Shown here: positions 60,388 to 64,000 of the stretch, in pieces | Layout of the letters: every line of letters starts with the position of its first letter | How positions within the stretch are numbered: the first letter of the stretch is position 1 | Origin: Schizosaccharomyces osmophilus | Taxonomy: Eukaryota | Reading direction: 5' to 3' | Length of the DNA stretch: 64,000 nt | Assembly (NCBI RefSeq): GCF_027921745.1 | Contig: NC_079239.1 | Coordinates: forward strand, 2,294,001 to 2,358,000 | Notes under the pieces: model-generated | Seen by the model: the letters and a program-made list of their open reading frames with translations, nothing else | The model's database searches: none | What the model was told of the DNA's origin: nothing | Position numbers and translations under genes: made by a program

Positions 60388-61275
60388 ATGCGTGTGTTTG
60401 TTACTGGTGCAACAGGATTTATTGGCTCTGAAGTAGTGAGACAGCTTATTGCAGCCGGACATGAAGTAATTGGTCTAGTGCGTTCAGAGGAAAATGCTGC
60501 AAAACTCAAAGCTGCTGGAGGTACGCCTCATTTTGGCACAATTGAGGACTTAGATAGTCTGAAGAGTGGAGCAGCACATTCTGATGGAGTTATCCATACG
60601 GCCTTTATTCATGACTTTAGCAAGTATCAAGAGGCTTGCAACACGGATTCTCGTGCAATTGAAACTATTGGTGAAGCCCTTAAAGGATCTGGCCGTCCCT
60701 TAGTTACAACTTCTGGAACTATAGTGCTTCCTCTGAATGGTAAGTTAGGCACAGAGGTAACCCAAGTTCCTCAACCATCAGTCCCACGTCACCTTGGAGA
60801 AATGATGACTTTGAAACTTGCTTCTCAAGGAGTGCGTTCCTCAGTTGTCCGCCTTCCACCAAGCGTTCACGGAGCCGGCGATTATGCATTTGTGCCAATG
60901 CTTATCAATACGGCGAAAACTAAGGGTGTATCTGCTTATATTGCCCAAGGTACAAATCGTTGGCCTTCCGTTCATAGAAAAGATGCTGCCAATTTATTTA
61001 TATTGACTCTTGAAAAAGGATCACCTGGTTCCATCTTTCATGCTGTTGCCGATGAAGGTATTCCGACCAAAGATATTGCGACCGTGATTGGCAAACGACT
61101 TAATTTACCTATCGTCTCCAAATCTTCTGAAGAAGCTATCGAACATTTTGGATTCCTTTCCAGAATTTTGTCTTCTGATAATCCAACTTCAAGCACCTTG
61201 ACTCAGCAACGCTTAGGCTGGAAGCCTTCGCATCCCACACTTTTGGCTGATCTGGTCGGTGATGCGTACTTTTAA
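60388..61275 (+). CDS. NAD(P)-dependent epimerase/dehydratase (atypical SDR, YLL056C-like)
   Basis: VFVTGATGFIG Rossmann motif, GVIHTAFIHDF, WPSVHRKDAA. Confidence 0.93.
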   Translation: MRVFVTGATGFIGSEVVRQLIAAGHEVIGLVRSEENAAKLKAAGGTPHFGTIEDLDSLKSGAAHSDGVIHTAFIHDFSKYQEACNTDSRAIETIGEALKGSGRPLVTTSGTIVLPLNGKLGTEVTQVPQPSVPRHLGEMMTLKLASQGVRSSVVRLPPSVHGAGDYAFVPMLINTAKTKGVSAYIAQGTNRWPSVHRKDAANLFILTLEKGSPGSIFHAVADEGIPTKDIATVIGKRLNLPIVSKSSEEAIEHFGFLSRILSSDNPTSSTLTQQRLGWKPSHPTLLADLVGDAYF

Positions 61276-62440
61276 AAATTTCTTTAATGTGATAGTGATG
61301 TATGGAATAAAGCTTTATTTTATTTAGTTCATCCGAAAGAAAATGTACTTTTTGTTTTTGTTGGTGAATTGACTGATCATTCGGGTAATAGTGGTGCTAG
61401 CATAAAATTTAGAGTCTAAAATCTTCTGTGCCTTGAGTCTTGATTGTAGTTCGTTTTTGTTTGTCGTTTTGGGGCTGGTTTACATGACCTTGGGAATGAT
61501 GGTCTTTATTCGGAACCGTATGGGTTCATCAGCCAACCATGATATAATTTAAGACATATAATGTGATAAAAATATTCTACTGCTAAATTGGTTTTGTTCA
61601 TTTGTAATAATTTCCTCGTCAATTTTTATCAGTACTTGTGGGATCTGTATGAACATTTCGATAGTTCATTTCATTTCAGTTCATAAAAATCATCCATCTC
61701 TTAATGTTTCCTTTCGTTTCTTATAAACTGAGGCTCGAAAATGCACATTTTTTATGGTACTTTTTTTGTAGAATGTTGTTACACATGTAGTGTCACCGCT
61801 ATACAGCAAGTAAAAAAACTATAGTCAATGTTTTCCAAGCATTCGAGCAACGAGGGGTAGAATTGTACGTATCGTATAAAATAAATATAAAGTAAGAAAG
61901 CCTGAAAATAGGAGAGAAAGAAAAGCCAGGCTTCCCAACTTGTCTCCAACGATCGCTAGCTGTAACCATAGACAGTAAGCAGTTTTTATTTTCGACTATT
62001 TTCAAAGTATTTTTTCAAGTTCCTATTTTTCTTTTTTTTTCAAGAAGCTGAATAGTTTGATTATATATAACTGAACTCGTCGTTTTTTACATTCTTTCTT
62101 TTTTTGCGGTTTCCATTGTAAAACTGAAAACCTTTATTACATTGCAAAATGGCATGGAAAACTACTCATGAGCATACTGTGTATATAGTACTTTGAACAA
62201 AAAATAAACATACTCAATAATAAAAAGCCTTACCCTTCTACTCATACAGGTTTATGCCCCCCAAAAAAAAAAGACCTAGCTTGAAAGCAAATTTCCTACG
62301 TTACTTAAAAAGAGCCAGCGCTAGCATATAAAACAAGTTTCTGAGAAGAAAGCAACGCAGATGGTACAGTCAGTACGAGTTTGAGAGTTGGCCAATATTG
62401 CTAATCATTTGGTCAAAATTGAACATACATACGCTTAAAC

Positions 62441-62570
62441 TTCTACGGGCACACCTAGGCGAAAACACCAGTTCCTGTCCGATCACTGCAGTTAAGTGAA
62501 AACGTCTGAGGGCCTCGCCTCGTTAGTACTACGGTTGGAGACAACATGGGAATCCGGGGCGATGTAGAAT
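62441..62570 (+). pseudogene. 5S rDNA pseudogene/variant (130 nt)
   Basis: Colinear with 67-185 but with a TGAAAA insertion, a CCTCG duplication and terminal-stem substitutions. Confidence 0.9.
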
Positions 62571-63670
62571 TCTTTTTCATTTTTTCAGCTTCATTTTGAT
62601 GAAATTCCTTTTATACATGTGTATTTTTCAATCCATTCGAAAAGAATGGTGAGATTTCCTTAATTTACTGGCATTCGTTACTTTGTAAGTAACGACGAAT
62701 AGGCAATAGACATGTACATTGAACAGCTACATTTGATTTCATTGAGGTTAATTTCGTCTACGAAAGCTGCTTTTTGACTCTTATTCTTCTTGATTTGTAG
62801 GGATTTTATCAGTAATCATTGCTATGAAGGATATGAGTGTCTTATGTTTTTGTTGATTTTGCGAATCGCAGACGAAATCGCATTTAGCTAAGCGGCCAAC
62901 TTCTAACCAAAAACGACATTGAAAAAAGCTATTACTGGTATATTATACCAAGGACCGGAAAAGCCTATAATGACAATAGCACCAACACTTATTTCATTAG
63001 CAAATTTGAATTACAGTAAAGGTTCTCGCTGTACAATAAATAACCATTTATAAAACCAATCCCTTTTTGCAACCAGTAGCCTTTCGCAAAATTCTTGTAC
63101 TAACGAATAGCGCTTATAGCACAGCACGAATTTCTATAAGCGAAGAAAGCTTCTAGGTAGCTTACTGTACGATTTAAGTATTACGCTTTCATCAAGTGAG
63201 ATACAAAAACAAACATTTTGAAAGAGACGAAGACTAACAAACGCAAAAGACTAACTGTTCATATACTTTACATTTGCGGCAATATAGTTGTTTACTTGTT
63301 CTGAAATTCGGGCTTCTTCTTGAAGGAAATAAAGAAACACTTGCTTCAAGGAGAACCATTTCATGGAAAACATGACTATTTGGAATGGTCGAAAACCTAT
63401 TGGATATGTTTTGGATAACGACATGTTGGTGATTTCTTTTGCTTGTAATCAAAGGAATCCTTCCAAGGCAAAAGGAAAGAAACTCAAATTCACATGTGGA
63501 TTTGGAATGCTTTACGCTTTCAAATATATGGGAGATGATTATGGTAGAGTGTCTAGACCTTGGAACCAACTTTCTTGCCATTGCGTACAAACCCCACCTT
63601 ATAGCTGATCAGCATGTTTTTTCTGTTCTACCTTGAACCAACAACGAAATAAGAACCAGAAAAATTTCAA

Positions 63671-64000
63671 ATGGATCTTTTTCCAGGAAGAAGTTGGCTG
63701 TTATGGCTGGTTTCTCTCTATTGCATCTTGCAGGTGAGTAGTGCTCGATTTGGTGTCTACATTCCTGAACATGGAGGGTATCAAACTAGGATTGAATGTG
63801 AAAATGTACAAGTGCGTAACAATAACACAAACGCTTACGTTTCTTATTATGCTTTTGGAGATGAAAATCCAACGGCTACGACATTTTTTAATGCAAAGGA
63901 TTCGGAGTGTGCTTTGGGCTCCTTAGGAGAAACGGAATCTCTTTCTGAACTATTTTCGCAGTTTGATGTAGACAGATTTGAAACTTCGTTTTATATTTCT
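63671..64000 (+). CDS. possible secreted protein running off the window end; start frameshifted or on an unseen exon
   Basis: Open frame ..FPGRSWLLWLVSLYCILQVSSARFGVYIPEH..FYIS to 64000 with a signal-peptide-like stretch; no in-frame ATG unless one T is added after the ATG at 63671. Confidence 0.4.
   Translation, partial: MDLFPGRSWLLWLVSLYCILQVSSARFGVYIPEHGGYQTRIECENVQVRNNNTNAYVSYYAFGDENPTATTFFNAKDSECALGSLGETESLSELFSQFDVDRFETSFYIS

Noticed and set aside
63234..63636. Three overlapping short ORFs
   Set aside because: No recognisable motifs or consistent frame; cannot support a gene call

Overview
Chromosome-arm segment of a fission yeast (Schizosaccharomyces; by protein similarity probably the octosporus/cryophilus/osmophilus group rather than S. 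pombe, which is an inference). About 5.7-56.1 kb is a block of housekeeping genes in S. pombe-like order: trp1, arf6, fmd1, acb1, cog3, tts1, arg41, RED-like, mrp15, sid4, utp6, tRNA-Thr, sec27, las1, rpl32, chp2, ogm4, qcr6, rpt1, vps10, tma22, dbl6-like. An intact, recently inserted Tf1/Tf2-like LTR retrotransposon (25011-30093, minus strand) interrupts it, with 392-bp LTRs that are identical by eye and a GCTTC target-site duplication. Its gag and pol are in the same frame, separated by one TGA in a TGA-CTAG readthrough context. It has a self-priming PBS and a cluster of Ste11 TR-box-like motifs in U3, and sits just upstream of the TATA box of a secreted acid phosphatase gene. Two older solo LTRs of the same family are present. 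Both window ends are accessory: on the left, a 5S rDNA / tdk1(mug135)-family meiotic-driver relic / decayed 5S cassette; on the right, a wtf-like relic, a decayed unknown gene, an SDR oxidoreductase and a 5S pseudogene. Gene names come from recalled similarity to S. pombe proteins; no searches were run.
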